From Eledone cirrhosa (taxonomy: Eukaryota), in contig OZ024740.1 in assembly GCA_964016885.1 (NCBI GenBank), positions 191,890,001-191,954,000 on the forward strand: a stretch of DNA of 64,000 nt, in the 5' to 3' direction. The notes under the pieces were generated by a model that worked only from the letters and a program-made list of their open reading frames with translations, searched no databases and was not told where the DNA came from. The position numbers and the translations under genes were made by a program. Every line of letters starts with the position of its first letter. Positions within the stretch are counted from its first letter, which is position 1. Positions 1 to 16,499 of this stretch are shown here, in pieces.

Positions 1-62
1 AGAAGAAGAAGAAGAAGAAGAAGAAGAAGAAGAAGAAGAAGAAGAAGAAGAAGAAGAAGAAG

Positions 63-92
<30 letters not shown>
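1..92. repeat. (GAA)n microsatellite, truncated by window start
   Basis: Pure agaagaaga... run. Confidence 0.97.
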
Positions 93-93
<1 letters not shown>

Positions 94-2724
94 GTTTAAA
101 GGGGAGTGCATATTCGTTTTTATTCCTATGAAAGTTCAAAAAAAAAAGAACGATAATATTAATCTACTTTTAACTAATTCAAAATACATTTTATGAATCT
201 TCATTCGTTTCTTGACGCGTCAAATATCTTATGAGTAGCCATCGTTTTATATTTAAATTAATATTTATGTAAATGAAACCTTCATTTAAAACCAACAGTA
301 CATTGAATTAATTTGAAGAGTCGAAGTCCGTATGGATATTCGTAACTGCTATAGAAATACATTGTGCCATTCTAAAGGGTAAATACAAAAACAAATGATT
401 TCATCTTTTTCAAATACTATATAATTCTTAGTGGTCCCGTGATCTGGTGATTTTGCTGATGCTGGTGGGAGTATACATATTAGCGCCATTTGATAAACAA
501 CCGAATTACAATTGATAGAATCATACTTATTGTTTTGCCTTAAATACGCTAAATTGCTCTTGCTTTGTATGTTATGTTAATTCGAGCGGGTATTTATTTC
601 CTTACATATTTGATGAACATATAAATCTAGATTTTGATAAAAATTAACTCACTAATATGAAAACTAAATGCGAAACGAGAATCTATGCATTACACATTAA
701 TTGATTGCATGTGTATGGCGGAAATACAATATAAATGAGTAAATAGACAATTGTGGAATCAGTGTACAGAAAATAGATTAGTATGTTGGCATATGAGCAC
801 CCATAACAGTGCAAATAGGTATCTGTTTCCGTTATGGGTGTTCATCTACTTTTAATTCTATTTTCAAGGTTTTCATTTCCCACCGTATTCTATTTGACTC
901 ATGTTTATGTACTCAAATATATGTGGCGTACAAAAGGCGGCTTTCGGTATTTAAACGGATGAAGTTGGTGTATAGAGCAAAGCGCTACTTGAAGAATTGA
1001 ACAAAAACATCAACAATTACCGTTGTTCCAATTATAGAATGCAAGTAGTTAATAATATGTTTATTATTTCATTTGTTTGTACTATAAACGACAGTCCAAC
1101 TATCAAAAACTCTATATTTCTTTTCCTGAATAAATGTAACAATGTGAGGGGAAATACGATTTAACCCCGAAATACAGACCAACCTTCTATGCATCACTTA
1201 CATCTTTATCGCTATTATCTAACATTCCATGATATTTTTCCCTGGCCAAATGTAGTTCTTTCTGATTTTCATCCTGCAAGCCCTTCTATATTCTAATGTT
1301 CAGTTGTGTATCGCATATATTTGCCTCTGCTTTCCATCCCACCCCTCACAAATTTACAAAACACTTCAGTTTAAGCATCTTACTCACTCGTTAGGATACG
1401 CATGTATGTCTTATTCATAGCAAACTCAATATAAGAATGCATTTCAGCAAAGTACAATGGACGTGAAAATATTCAATTGGTAACTAACAACCTATTTACA
1501 TTCAGCACATTAGAATACAAATTCTAAAGGGGCAAATTTTCCAGAAATTTCTACGCACAAATATTCCACATACGACTCTCAATGACACGTCAATTATTTG
1601 CTGGTCTGTTAGGTCAACCTCATAAAAATGATGATGCCCAAATGGCATCACAAAATATACACTTTCACATAAAGTTGAGAAAAATAGTTCATGTACAATC
1701 GAGCGTTTAATATTTTAGTTGTGGTATCATGAAATGAATAAATGTTTTACTAGGACACTCTGTATGGCATGTGTAATAGACTGCACACATTACATCCTAA
1801 AAAAAGTGTTGGTGTCTAGTTTTCTTGGCCAGAGAAAAGTGTAGCAGTTTTAGAAATAACGGGACTCAGTGGAAGTAAAATAATTTTTCCTGTTCGAGAA
1901 CATGAGCAAGAAACTTGTGTGGCGACCTGAGGTTTATTATTATATCATTAACCTGTTCAAGCCGCATTCACTTGTAGGTAAATGTAATCCTGCTTTCCTA
2001 ATGATCCTTAACGTTGTACATATTAATTGAAAACTATATCAAAATTAATGGACGTACCAGTGATATGTATTTCGTATATTTAATATAAAAATGCATTAAC
2101 TGTATTAGTTTCATTTCTTACACACGAAGAAGTCAATATTTCTATGGTACTTCATGTTTAAGTTCGAAAGGCATAGTTAAAGTCTCTGGGTAAATAAGCA
2201 TCATAATGTCATGCAAAACATATTCTGATTCCCTGAGTAATTTATATGAGTAGTAATTATGTTATACAGAAATTGACACTGAAACATTATAACTATCTAC
2301 AATCCGTGCTATTTTCAATATATATACAATACTATATCAGAGTGTCGATAAGATTAGTTATGTCAGGTGTCAGGTTGAACACCGAGCGTATATATAAATG
2401 ATAATTTATTTCTACTTTATAGAATGTTGGAAAATCAAAATTGCTTGTCTTAGACGGAATTGTGACGAAGAAGACAACTTATATCTGCAAGGGTAAATTG
2501 GAATGACTCTTAACAAAATGTACAGAGCATAATCGATCATAGACCATGTGAGAATTGATGTTGATAACTATTTATTTGGTTTTGTTGTAGGTCTGATAGT
2601 TTTCATAAACGAAGAACTACATTTAAACATGTGCTCACACACACTCACATACACACACATACACCCACGCACCCACACACATACACACACCCGTACACTG
2701 ACACACACACACATACACACAGAG

Positions 2725-2769
<45 letters not shown>

Positions 2770-2851
2770 TATGTATGTATACATATATATACATACACAT
2801 CCTAAGTATCGATTACTCTGGTGCGTTATGTTCCACCTGGTATCTTCTTTG

Positions 2852-2891
<40 letters not shown>

Positions 2892-3971
2892 TGTATGTGT
2901 GTATTCAGTAGAACTTGTCAGGAGTAAGCAGAATAAAGGTCTCTATATTCGTAGCTTGTAGTTAAAATGGAGATATATGAAACATCAGCATTTTTATTAA
3001 TGTAATTCTCATATATATATATAACCATTTAAAATATTTCTACTACTGGTGATTCTGCTATTACACCATTTACGTTTGAATTGATATACTGTGATATAAC
3101 GTCGAATCGTATTATGTGTTGACATAAATTTCTCGATTATACTACAATCCAGACAGATTCTAGTACTGTCCTTGCAAGTTCAACTAAATATGTATTGTCT
3201 TAAGTGCAGGGTAGGGATTACTCAAAATTACGCTTTTCCATGAAATGTGTGGACATGTGCCAATGTTAAGATCGCCATTATAGCCATTTGATAACAAATA
3301 TATCAAACGTTTCTCATTAAGTTTTATTTAAACTTTCCAATCTTTGCTACATTATTTACAAATGTGTTAGTTTCACTTTATAACATATTTTTATCTCATT
3401 CGTGTACCCCCACCTACATCAATAACCTTTATCTACTTTCGTAAATGAAATCATATAAAAAGCACACATTTTCACCTCTTGTCGCTTTCATTATCTCCTA
3501 ACGTAAATTCTTCTGACGCCTTTTTTTACTATCGGTTTTATTAACTTTCAGGTTCTATTTAAAGATTCTGGCTGATCGTTCAATAGGTTTATTGTTTTCT
3601 TGTAGATTGGGGTTGTCTGCGAGCGGATGAACTTTTCTAAATTACGCAGTTTCAATCAACTGAAAATCCATATATTGGAGAAATATTGATTAAAACCTTT
3701 CACGTTTACTTAATTCAGCCGCGTAAATTTTGATTACAAGATATTCAGCCAACAAGCTATTTCCTCTCCGTATACATCTCTCTTGCAGATTATTTTGTGA
3801 GGGGAAATAATTAGGTTTTTTATAAAGCAGAAATGTCTAATTACAAGACGATGATATATCTTTAAGCGATAGTAGTGTTGGCTTCTGATTATAAAATACT
3901 TAGTATCTAAAACGTAAAACGAATATTTGTTATAATAAAAATATATATATAAATATATATTTATATATATA

Positions 3972-4987
3972 CTAGCATTAAAGCCCGGCGTTGCTCGGGG
4001 TCAGTAAGTTACCAAAGTTAGGTTGCACCACCCATTTTATGGCAGCACTTTTTTGTTTGCCAGGCACTGGGTGAATGAATTGCAGACCTGGACTGCCGAA
4101 GCAGGAGCTGCGCCAGCAGTGACAATTGTAGTTTCGCCTATGGATATTATCTCTGTGCAAAGAAGTGTTGAAATGTATTGTTTCACAGTACTTGCGCAAC
4201 ACGCGCGTAGACGATGCCAGTCGAACAACAGAGCTGCGATGGAGTTGTTCTGCATGGTTATCTAATGTGTGTTTTCTGAATTTAAGACAGTAGGGAGGGG
4301 TATGATATGGGGGAGAGTTAGCTACTGTTTCTAGCAGGCTTATTGACCTCATAGAGGATATGTTTTCTAAATTTAAGACAGTAGGGAAGGGTGTGATATG
4401 GAGGAGAGTTAGCTGGTGTTTCTAGTAGGTTTAATGACCTCATAGAGGATATTATTGTGTATAGTAAATAAACTGATACTTCTTTCTTCCACGTTCGTTG
4501 AGAGGTTTTAAAAAAGATTTATCGCTATTTTTGTTGTTGTTGAATAAATGTATCTGTTGCTTTTGAATAATTGATGTTTCGTATGAAATGTAATAAGTTC
4601 TCTGTGTCATTGAAGTAAATAAATGTTTGACCGTTCCACACTCAAAAACACACGTTCTCTCTCTCACTCTCACTCTCTTCGGCGTTCCAAATGGAAGTTT
4701 GTAAGCATGTATGTAGTTTTATCGAATTTTAAGAGGAGTAGAGAGATGTTATCATATTGAATTAGAGGTGTAAAGCGTCATGTATTTAGTTTTATTGATT
4801 TTTTCCGTAACTGTTGGGGAATTGGAATGAAATGAATAGTCGCTGACCTGAATCAGAACATTTCCAATATTCGTACAGAGGTTGAGTCGAATCCATTTGA
4901 AATTGTGCAAATGCATAAACATGGAACATGCACACACACACTCACACAAAACAACAACAACAACAATCTGCCTTTTATAAATAATGA
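3972..4987 (-). mobile_element. Non-autonomous Helitron-like element
   Basis: Minus strand starts A^TCATTATTTATAAAAG and ends with GC-rich hairpin CCCGAGCAACGCCGGG, then CTAG^T; inserted between A and T, no TSD; internal ~90-bp duplication at ~4270-4451. Confidence 0.7.
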
Positions 4988-5055
4988 TATTTATATATAT
5001 ATATATATGTATATATGTGTGTGTGCGCGTATGTGTCTGTGCGCGCGCGGCGGTT

Positions 5056-5252
5056 TGTATCCTGGGTTCATTCGGGGCAATCCACAGTAAATAAGGTACT
5101 CAATACATAGTAGGGTATATACAAGATTTAATTTAGAAATGGCTTCTACAGGATTAGATATGTTTCATTTGAAGGAAATCATGAGGAAAGCCCTGATGAT
5201 TTACTTCGAATGAAACAGTTCTAGTCCTGTAGAAGCCATTTCTATATTAAAT
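5056..5252. mobile_element. Small fold-back element next to (TA)n with HHR-like core
   Basis: Arms tagaaatggcttctacagga...tcatgagg / cctgatga...tcctgtagaagccatttcta; CTGATGA...GAAA CAG..CTG TA in right arm; related terminus at ~45218-45306. Confidence 0.6.
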
Positions 5253-5286
<34 letters not shown>

Positions 5287-5894
5287 CACAAACATGTAAA
5301 CAGTACTATATATGTAAATAAAATATAAATGTAAACAAAAATAAAAAAAAAAACTCCTAGTACAATGAAGAAATATATTAAGTTATCACATGAAATAATC
5401 GAACGGTTTGGACACTATTTATTCAAGTCATAGAATATCATATAAAATATGAAATAGAAAAATGAAGATTGAAGAGGAAGGAACGGAACAAATGCGAAAT
5501 AATACAGATGGCTATTTATTGAGCCATTTTGAATATACATATGTATCTATGCGGTTGTGTGTTTTTGTATGTATGTGTGTGTATGTGTGCATGAGTGTAT
5601 GTGTGCGTGTGTATGTGTGTATGTGTGTATGTGTGTATGTTTAAATTCTTCAGTAGGAGATAGCTGCCATTATGTAATGCCTTGAAACCGTTATACAGCA
5701 GGACACCGTATTAGTATTTTGGTATTTGAGATACTTATTCTCAGGTGGGTAGTGGTCTGTCATTCAGTTTATATTCAGCAGTGCCCTATTTCAATTCACA
5801 CTAGCAAGCCCCCATTAGTGCATAGCTGCAATGAATCGACAGACCGTTGTGTGTAGCCGGCTGAGGGACATCCACACCATTCAAGATAATTTAG

Positions 5895-6235
5895 AGCCTG
5901 TAGGAAGGCGGTATTAGTTCCGAGAAACAGTTGGGTGAGTCAGGATGTCAGTTACTTACAGCTTTGATGGTAGCTGAGAGAAAGAACGGCTTGCTATGAA
6001 TCCTTGTAAGTCCCACAGCTGAGAATACTAAGGCATTTCATGGTGCGGAAGACATGGGTCTATTGCGGTATTGGATACCAATATACCAGTATGGTGGTCT
6101 GGTAGTACGGAGGCATCCGCTGTTGAGATTTCACGTGTCCGTGTAATGGGGCCTGGGAAATGACCTCTGATTTTCATCTCGATCAAGCGATCGACAGCAA
6201 CCTGAAACATCAGTAGCAATTCGACAAGCGTGAAC
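5895..6235 (-). pseudogene. Possible highly decayed Tc1/mariner transposase remnant
   Basis: Fragments AVDRLI..REIS and DILTHP resemble mariner N-terminal and HPPYSPDLAP regions; frameshifted, weak. Confidence 0.3.
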
Positions 6236-6291
6236 CTAATATCTAACTAACACCTTTCGTAACTGTACTCCTTGTTGTTCTTATTTACTTT

Positions 6292-6334
<43 letters not shown>

Positions 6335-6338
<4 letters not shown>

Positions 6339-8575
6339 TTTAGATTTGTTGGTTCACTCATGAATAGAACTGGTCATTCGTATAGTCAACCATCTTGTAA
6401 TATTAGGAAATGCACTCGATGCTATGCAACTCATCCATCTTCAATGTTGAATTTTGATGGTCCGAGAACGGAGTTAATTATAATTGAGTAAAATGACAGG
6501 AGGACGGACTGGTGAAATTCCTTTAAATATTTAATATAGCAACAATTTGTACATTTCAGTGACCGATTCCGTAAGAAGCTGGTGTCATCATCAGGTGTTT
6601 ATTGCATAGAAGTTATATAATAAAGGAATAATGGTAAACACTAAACCACATTCTGTTATTAACAGCAGTGAATAAGTCTACCTCACTACTCGGACCACAC
6701 CTTGCTACACATCTCCATCTGGACTTCAAACATTCTTTGAACAATCCACAAGTTCTACTATACCCTGTATTTTATTGACTGAATTTTATATTTCACAGTT
6801 TTTAGGTATTTATGATGGTTAATACTCGAACCTACACTACATATCAGCTGATACCACCTCTATTATTCTATCCTGTATAGTTTTAACCATATATTATTCA
6901 ACCTTATTATCTTTTGTTTACTGTTTATTTGTTACACTTTCATTTTTTTGTTTTTTATATCTTTAATATTTTCGTATTTACTTCCATTCTTAGTCCCATG
7001 ATTACCACTCTGTGTATGATTACATTTTAAATTCTTTATATACTTATCCGTTGTTTTACTAGACTGTTACCTAAACTTATTTCACTACACTAGACTATTG
7101 CTTTCTATACTGTCTTTTTTTTATATCTATTTATTTTTATAGTTACTACCCCCACCCACTTAGGATTCACTCACCATGTACCGTGCGATATAGTTTACAT
7201 ATTATAATAATTACATCAGGAAGTTGTAGTATTAAGGTATATATCTATATCTCACCTATATTTACTATGATATGGGATGGGATCATATCCCATATGAATT
7301 AAACATTGAACAACACATGAAACGCCGGTTAGCTTGAGATTGAGTACAGTTTATTTGCTTATTTCATTAAATGTTACTACATTTAAGCTTCCCACGATTC
7401 ACATGACTGATTTGCATAATTAATAATCATTTGGTATGCGTTGGAGAATCGACTGGCAGTGACGGCTTTCCTACTTGCACTCGCAGCGTCTGGACCTGTC
7501 CACCTTCCTGGAGTGCTTGGAAAAATAAATGTCCCTTTCTTTCTGAAGACAAAAATACTCGGAACGGTTGGTAGGCCCTTGAGCCTTGGGTACCCCGGTA
7601 AATCGTCACGTCATCGGTTATTGATTGTCAAACCACACTCTTTTATATAATGTAGTTCATAATTATTTCACACCCACTAGGAATATAATGTCGATCAATG
7701 CAAAGAACGCAATCCTGGATAATGATCTTGTCTAGTTTAATTTAGCTTTATTTTGTATGTTTCTTACGTCTCAGCTTTACACTATTCTGTCTTTGGAATC
7801 ATTAACATAACTAATAGTTATAACTAATAACTGTCTGGCATACGTCGCTTCACCAGCCAACAGCACTGATTATTCTGGTCACATGGGGAGTGAGCCTGTG
7901 GACGTGCTTGGAAATAATAGAAATTTCCCCATTCCCGATATAAGATTTTACCCGGAAGTGTTTGCGATGTTATGGACCTACGGTGATTGTGGATCCATTA
8001 TTTCAGTAGCTAACGAAAGACAAGCCACACTCATTTCTCTACATCACAAACCTAATTCTTTAATTACATCTTTCAATTTTAAACTTAAATTTTACGTTTA
8101 TAATCTTAACTTTAGATTCTAGCTTAAAACGTTTTAGGTTCTAGTTCGGAATTTAATCCCATCCACTATATTTTTGTCGAATTTTAGCCTGAACTCAACT
8201 GAACATCTGACTCTGTAACCTGATCTCATTTACACTAGTATGTATCCAAATGACAGTGAGTAGCAGCGTGGTAGTAGTAGGTGCACTACGTATACAATCC
8301 TAATAGGCAGGGTGGGAGTAGTGTCCATACTAAATATACTGCCGCCTAACCAAAAAGCCAAGACGAATTTGATGAGAATCCCCACGCGCAGGCGGTCAGC
8401 CAAACTGACAACAACTGGTCCTGTCCGCCTTCGTGTCATCAACATTTTTCTAAGTTTTTTTTATCCTCTTGTATTGTGTTTACCATTATTCCTTTATTAT
8501 ATAAGTTTTATGCAATAAACGCCTGTTGATATTACCAGGATCTTACGTAAATGGTTCACTGAAATGTACACAATA
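6335..8575. mobile_element. Old (TA)n-bounded PLE-like relic with inverted degenerate HHR motifs
   Basis: 6541-6606 is the reverse complement of ~8512-8572 (gcaataaacacctgatga...ggtcactgaaatgtaca); both ends abut (TA)n. Confidence 0.5.
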
Positions 8576-8666
8576 TATATATATATATATATGATATATA
8601 TGATATAATATATATATGATATAATATATATATATATATATATATATCTATTATATCATATATTAT

Positions 8667-8737
<71 letters not shown>

Positions 8738-9013
8738 AATTAATATATCTACCAACATATATATACAGATGCATACCTATGCTAGCAAATATATAGATTA
8801 AATTCTAGTAAGTAAGTTAATTTTTATAATTTTCTTATTTTACGTCTTTCATATATATATATATGCAGAAGTTATATTTAATTTGTTGGGATTCCAACAA
8901 ACTTAAATGTTTATAACTGATATAGAGTACTCAACAAATTACTGGAGTAAATATTAAATATATTAATAAAAAGAAGCTATATTTATAAAACCATAATTAT
9001 GTTATTCTATATA

Positions 9014-9197
9014 AGGCAGTGATTGGCAGTATCGGTAGAGCGTCGGACGCCATGCTTTCCAGCATAGATACGTCCCCTTACGATCTAAGTTCAAATTCCG
9101 CCGAGGTTAACTTTGCCTTTAATCCTTACAGGGTCGATAAAATAAAGTACCAGTAATGCACTGGATAAGTGCTGGCCTTGTGCCTAAAGTAGAAACA
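9014..9197 (+). mobile_element. tRNA-derived SINE, family A (Octopus-type)
   Basis: A-box-like tggcagtatcggtaga, B-box-like gttcaaattcc, tail ggccttgtgcctaaagtagaaaca; six copies in the window. Confidence 0.9.
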
Positions 9198-9299
9198 ATT
9201 ATATATATTTCAGCGACAACAAAATTTATTTCATAAATAGTGACATAACCGTGGAAATCAACCTTGACGGTTATGTCAGTATCTATAAAACAAATTTTG

Positions 9300-9364
9300 T
9301 ATTTTATCTGATGAAAGCCCACCAAGATTGCCTTGGTTGCCCTTGAAATATGTATAATAAAATA
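9300..9364 (+). ncRNA. Minimal type I hammerhead ribozyme motif
   Basis: TATTTTAT CTGATGA AAG..CCAAG/CTTGG..CTT GAAA TATGTA TA ATAAAATA: 8-bp stem I, intact core, AUA site. Confidence 0.8.
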
Positions 9365-9956
9365 ATTATGGTTTTATAAATACAGTTTCCATTTATCAAT
9401 ATATTGTATATATATATATATATAATATATATACTATATATACGGATCTAGCTGTCTAAATGGCCTGAGTTCAGTCGTTCAGTGCCTGAATATTGTTATA
9501 TTACCCATTCTACTCCCGCAAGTATTGAAGTATTGTACTCTGGTGGGTTATGACAGACCTAGAAACACGATGGACGTGTGCTGATGTTTTCCTGCCAGCA
9601 GTACATTACAAATGTGTATTTCATCTGAGGCTACCGTTCTCATAACAATAACAAATGGATTAATTACATATTGATTGCATGGGAGAATCATTGAAATAAT
9701 TATAATGAATCAACAATTTTTGTAATATTAGTATCTTTATTAATGTTATAATAATACTAATAATTGTTATTATTATTATTATTGCAGTTGCATTTATCTT
9801 GCTTTATGTTCATACGAGTTATCACCAAGTTACAACCAGTGACCTCAAGAGACAACAAGAAAGAACATACATACACACACATGCATCTTTAAGTGTTTAG
9901 ACTTGTGATGTAGTTATATTGACAGAACCTTCCTTAGTATATGGGCATTTCCCATT

Positions 9957-11530
<1,574 letters not shown>

Positions 11531-11537
<7 letters not shown>

Positions 11538-11920
11538 CAAACACTATACACACACGCATGCGCAAGGAAGATACAATTAAATAAACAAACAAACAAATAA
11601 ATAAATAAATATATAGACAGACTAAATAAAAATGGCGTAGACATACAATGTAACGGGAGGAAACAATAACACCACTGACGTGTTGCAGATGTGCAACGAA
11701 AGAACTTTGATAAACTATATATATGTAATTGTGTCTATATTGTGTCTGTATTATTTTTGACCGTGGGTCAGTCAATGGCAACATTGAGGACCGAATAAAT
11801 TAGATTACCGATATAAAGGACACAGAAGCGAAAAGCGAAAACCAACCAAACAGCGAGTGTGTTCTGTTATTAATTCTGGCAATATTACACAAATATGACC
11901 CTCCCCAAGTATAACAATAT
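11531..11920 (+). mobile_element. Solo diverged pseudo-LTR related to the 57.3-58.7 kb PLE
   Basis: Ends atgaccctccccaagtataacaatat(TA)n versus atgaccctcccagagtataacaatat at ~58675-58700; shares cgcatgcgcaa and atggcgtag. Confidence 0.55.
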
Positions 11921-12007
11921 ATATATATATATATATATATATGGAAAAGAGTCAGCGTCCCGACGGTTGAACTCCGGCGTATGGACTGCTAGATACGAAT
12001 AAATATA

Positions 12008-12062
<55 letters not shown>

Positions 12063-15000
12063 GTATATGTATGGGTGTGTATGTGCACGCGCGCGTGCAC
12101 GTGTGTGTGTGTGCATCTAAGTATCGAGCTTCAAAAACCTGTTGTTTTTTTTTATTAAAATCCTAACTGAAATCTCTTCACCTGAAAATTCTGAACCAGT
12201 AATTCTACAATTTATTAACCGTTCATTCACAACACCAGTGCAAATACTCAGATGATGTGCGGGGCTTACGAAACACTTACAAACACATGAAATTACTCCA
12301 GCTGAGTGGATTTTCTCCTTTAAAGTTTTCTGCTTTAAAGTTTTTGATATGTGCTTATTCATCATACCCCTGCAGCTATGCTGCATCGTATATCTTAGTC
12401 GGTTCCTTCGGTCCATCGACAAGTTGATATCAACAAATTTCCTCTGTTCTTTCTAATAAACACACCCGAAGCACATCGCTTCCATATCTTAGAGCGAAGT
12501 GTAAATGTCTACAAGTGACTGATCGTTCTCCCATTCAACAAATACAATGTTCAAAGAAAATAACATCCGTAGCTGATTTCTATATATACTCATTCTATCA
12601 CGTAGGACACAACATCGTACATACGATTAATGCGGTAACACTACACAGTAGGTGCAGTGGAATCCAACCGTTCCGTGCTATATAAGCCATTGGAAATAAA
12701 TGAATTATAATTTTTTATATAAATAGTTTAGACTGAATATTGCATCATATAACATTGCTTAATATTATATCAGTATTATAAACATAACTAAAAAGAGATA
12801 TATTTATCCAAATACAATTTAAAACCTCTGAAGTGTAAGTTTTCTTTACATAAATTAATACTGAGCATGTATTCAGAATTCATAGAGCAGAATCGTCATT
12901 GCTGGATATGTGTTTTTCAAATATTCATATGTCATATTTGTAGCTGTATGACATAGATCTTATAAAAATATTCGATTGACTGTAATGCCGCTATAGGCTA
13001 TTTACACTTCAATAGAATCATCGACTTTGTGCATGAAATCTACTGCAATTTCATTAATGAAAGTCAATAGCTCTATGTATGTAAGGTTATTTTGTGTATT
13101 TCTTTTTTCGACTATGGAAACGGTATTGTATAACTATATAGTATCGGTAAAAATCTGAAAAAGTTTATTATAAGATTCTCATAAATGCTTGAATAAATGT
13201 GATATTTATTGCTCTATTCCAGTCAATTGGCAAATGCATGTAGATATTATGTGCGGAGTAGGCGTAAAAGAGTAACTTTATAGGGAATTTCTTTTCCCAG
13301 TTAATTTGTTTTCATGCGGATGAGGAGTAAAGTTCAGGGATTCATACATTTAGTGGCAACTAATAATATTTATTGATTTGATAGTTTACCGCCTACCCAG
13401 TCGGCAAGTATATAGTTCGTATCTTGTCGTTTCCGATGTTCTGTGTCATTCAACATTATATGATTCAATTCAGTCCTACTATTTCTGACAGGTATATTTA
13501 TAAACACTGGACGGCCATTGATTAATACGTGAAGAGATTGTTCCTTCGCAAGAGTTAGTATAAACGAGACAGACTAAGGCAGCATATGGTTCTCAATACA
13601 TGTCAAACCGAATTACCAGGAAGTAAATATTAGTGGCATGAATTGGCTCCTATAGCGTGAATATGTAATGTAGAAGAAAGATAGTTTTAATCAATGGACC
13701 TAGATTGTATACCTCTTATATATAACCGGTATAAACATACACACACACACACGCGCGCAAACATACACATACAAACACACACACATACATGCATACAAAC
13801 ACACGCACGCACACACTCACATATATATAATAGCTCATTTGGTCGTCTATTTGTTTCGTATGCACTTAAGAAACAGTGGACTAATCATGTTGAATCTTCA
13901 CATTTGAGTTCCTTAGAATTAGGGATAGGTTTTCCGCACGCTTGGAACTATATTCATTTCTGTGTATGTTTGTTTTTCAATCAGTATTAACGTTTGTCCT
14001 CATGAGCTATTGTTTTCACTACGAATGAATATGACAGAAAATAAAGAAAATAAAGTTATGATAATTTGAGACAAATTCAACACACCTGGAATTAAATAGT
14101 TTGCTGAAAGCCAATGATTGAACTAAGCAAGTAAGTTAACCATGCATGAATGAGTAGAGAAAGAACATAGATAATGGAAGTGAATTAAGTCAGCGACAAA
14201 CATGCAACATTGTAGCCGATGCTTAAGCAACAAATACACGATTGCTTTACTATTGAATATCCCACTCTCTGCCCTGCATGGTAGGTATGACTAAAACAAA
14301 TGAGCGCTATGCAATGAATCAATATAAAGCAACAAGACACGCCTGCTTTAATATAAAAATTCGCCCTCTTCTCTATCAGCTGCAGTAAATTTTTTAAATA
14401 TTTTCCCATGCGAGTGTATATGTCATAACTATTTCAGATTTAGCCCGTGAACAAAATCGAACACCATAACATTAGAGGGCAATGTGTTTTATTTTAACAA
14501 ACACTACGTAAATTAACTCTGAATAATTCATGTCTGCAATTGGTGGCGGTGGTAACAATGTCGTCGTTTAACAATCACCACGACTACCAACGTTATTTCC
14601 CAAACTCAGAAATGTTTCAAGTATTATGTTTGAAAGAAGAGGCCACGAAGCGGATTTCCATCCAGATCTGTTCAGCAAAATATCCATAAGTGTTAAAAAC
14701 AAAGTCTCCAACATTTAAATACCAAAATGTCAGTGAATGAGCACACAGTAGTCATGACCAAGATGCGTCCCGGCCTCCTTTGAATGTAAGCAGTTAAGTT
14801 ACAAAGCACTTTCTCTGAAGACCTTCTGCTGTCTAGTTTTCCTGAGAGTTTCTTACCACTATCTTCTTCATTCCTATCTCGTGTGTATGCCACGATTTCG
14901 TGAATACCTCCATGTGTATATATGTGTGTACCAGCTTGTCATAAAATATTGGTTTCCTTATTTTCTTTATGGAAACGCTACTAAAGGTAACATTTGTGAG

Positions 15001-15147
15001 AACTGTAATATATGTGACATATTCATTTCCGTTAATTTTTGGTTGTTGTAATAACTGACGTTTAATGCAGTGAGTGCCAATTCAATGGAATTTTACTCGA
15101 CTTAAATCCATAATTGACAGAAACATTATTAATCTTTAGATAAATAA

Positions 15148-15264
15148 CTGTTTCTACTTTAGGCACAAGGCCAGCAATTATCCAGTACATTACTGGTACT
15201 TTATTTTATCGACCTCGTAAGGATGAAAGGCAAAGTTAACTTCGGCAGGATTTGAACTCAGACG
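15148..15264 (-). mobile_element. 5'-truncated SINE, family A
   Basis: 3' two-thirds of the SINE with 12-bp TSD ttagataaataa (15136-15147 and 15265-15276). Confidence 0.9.
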
Positions 15265-15875
15265 TTAGATAAATAATAGTGATATTGGAGGCTGCAAGCA
15301 AAACATTCGCCCGAAGAAATAATCTTCACTTCTAAGAAACTCTCATAAATCTATGGCAAACAGCTAGAAGAAAGACTCCAAAATCAAAGAAAAACAACAG
15401 CGAAATAGAGGCAAAATGGACAATGAAAGCAATTATATGTCAATAGAGTATATAATTATGTGCAAGCAATTATATCATCAATAGAGCAAATGGAGTTGAG
15501 TAGAGCTACTTAAAGGTGGCATGAAGAAACTGAAGCTCAAACAACTCAAAAGCTATGTCCACAGAGGTTAAGAACTGGAGATTTACGACTTAAAGAATGT
15601 TTCGAGTGGAAATTTGCTCCTTTTAGTAACAACCCATATCAAGAATCTTCAATTAGAAATCCCTCGATGTACAAGATGTTTCAAACTTGTGCTAAAGAAT
15701 GGAATGGTTAGTCAACTGGATTGTGCTGTTTAAATCGAAATATTCGATTTAAAGTATTACTTTAATCACCTTGAAGTGACTGCTGATTGTTAAATTACTG
15801 AATCAAAATACATTCTTCAACATTTCTAGAATTTCAATAATGAATTCCAAATGCCATCATTTGATTCAAATGTCA

Positions 15876-15960
<85 letters not shown>

Positions 15961-16499
15961 GAAAAGCAGGGCTGATTGGAAATATCCCGACCTTTGCTTA
16001 ACATTGTTAAGCACTCAACAATTTTTGTTCATCCAGAGATGTATCATAATAATAAACAAGCCGGTTTCATGTTTACATCCCCTACTCAATTTGTTATACC
16101 TATTTCAAAGACATTGTGTCAGACAAAAATCCAAACAAGATGTAAATATCCATGCGTGTTATTCCCTTCACCGACCAGTAAGCTTATGTCAGGAATTTTC
16201 AAGTAGTAGTTCTTTTATGTGTGGGAGATAGATATTCCAATTGGCGTTGCTGCTGGTGAACTGGCTAGGTTATCAAGTTAGCAGATTGGCCATTTGATTC
16301 CTATTGAGTCATCTATGAACTGTTCTATCTTTTACTTATAATTTTTTATATATACTAGATTCGATTCACTTAGACACTAATTTTAAATTTAGATATTTGT
16401 ACTTTGATGATGATGTTATATGTATCTATATAATTAATGAATGTTGAATAAGTTATTTCCTGGTCTATTTAACATTGTTTCAGTTTTATCTATATAATC

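Larger units (their letters stand above)
8867..9408. mobile_element. ORF-less PLE pseudo-LTR fold-back related to the 45.4-49.8 kb element, interrupted by a SINE
   Basis: Shares aagttatattta..ttgttggg..tttataactgatata..actc and tatatttataaaaccata with 45411-45540; inverted arms; flanked by (TA)n. Confidence 0.75.

Noticed and set aside
16090-16127. Degenerate HHR-like TTTGT CTGACAC..GAAA TAGGTA TA ACAAA (minus)
   Set aside because: Core and stem II too degraded to support a call.
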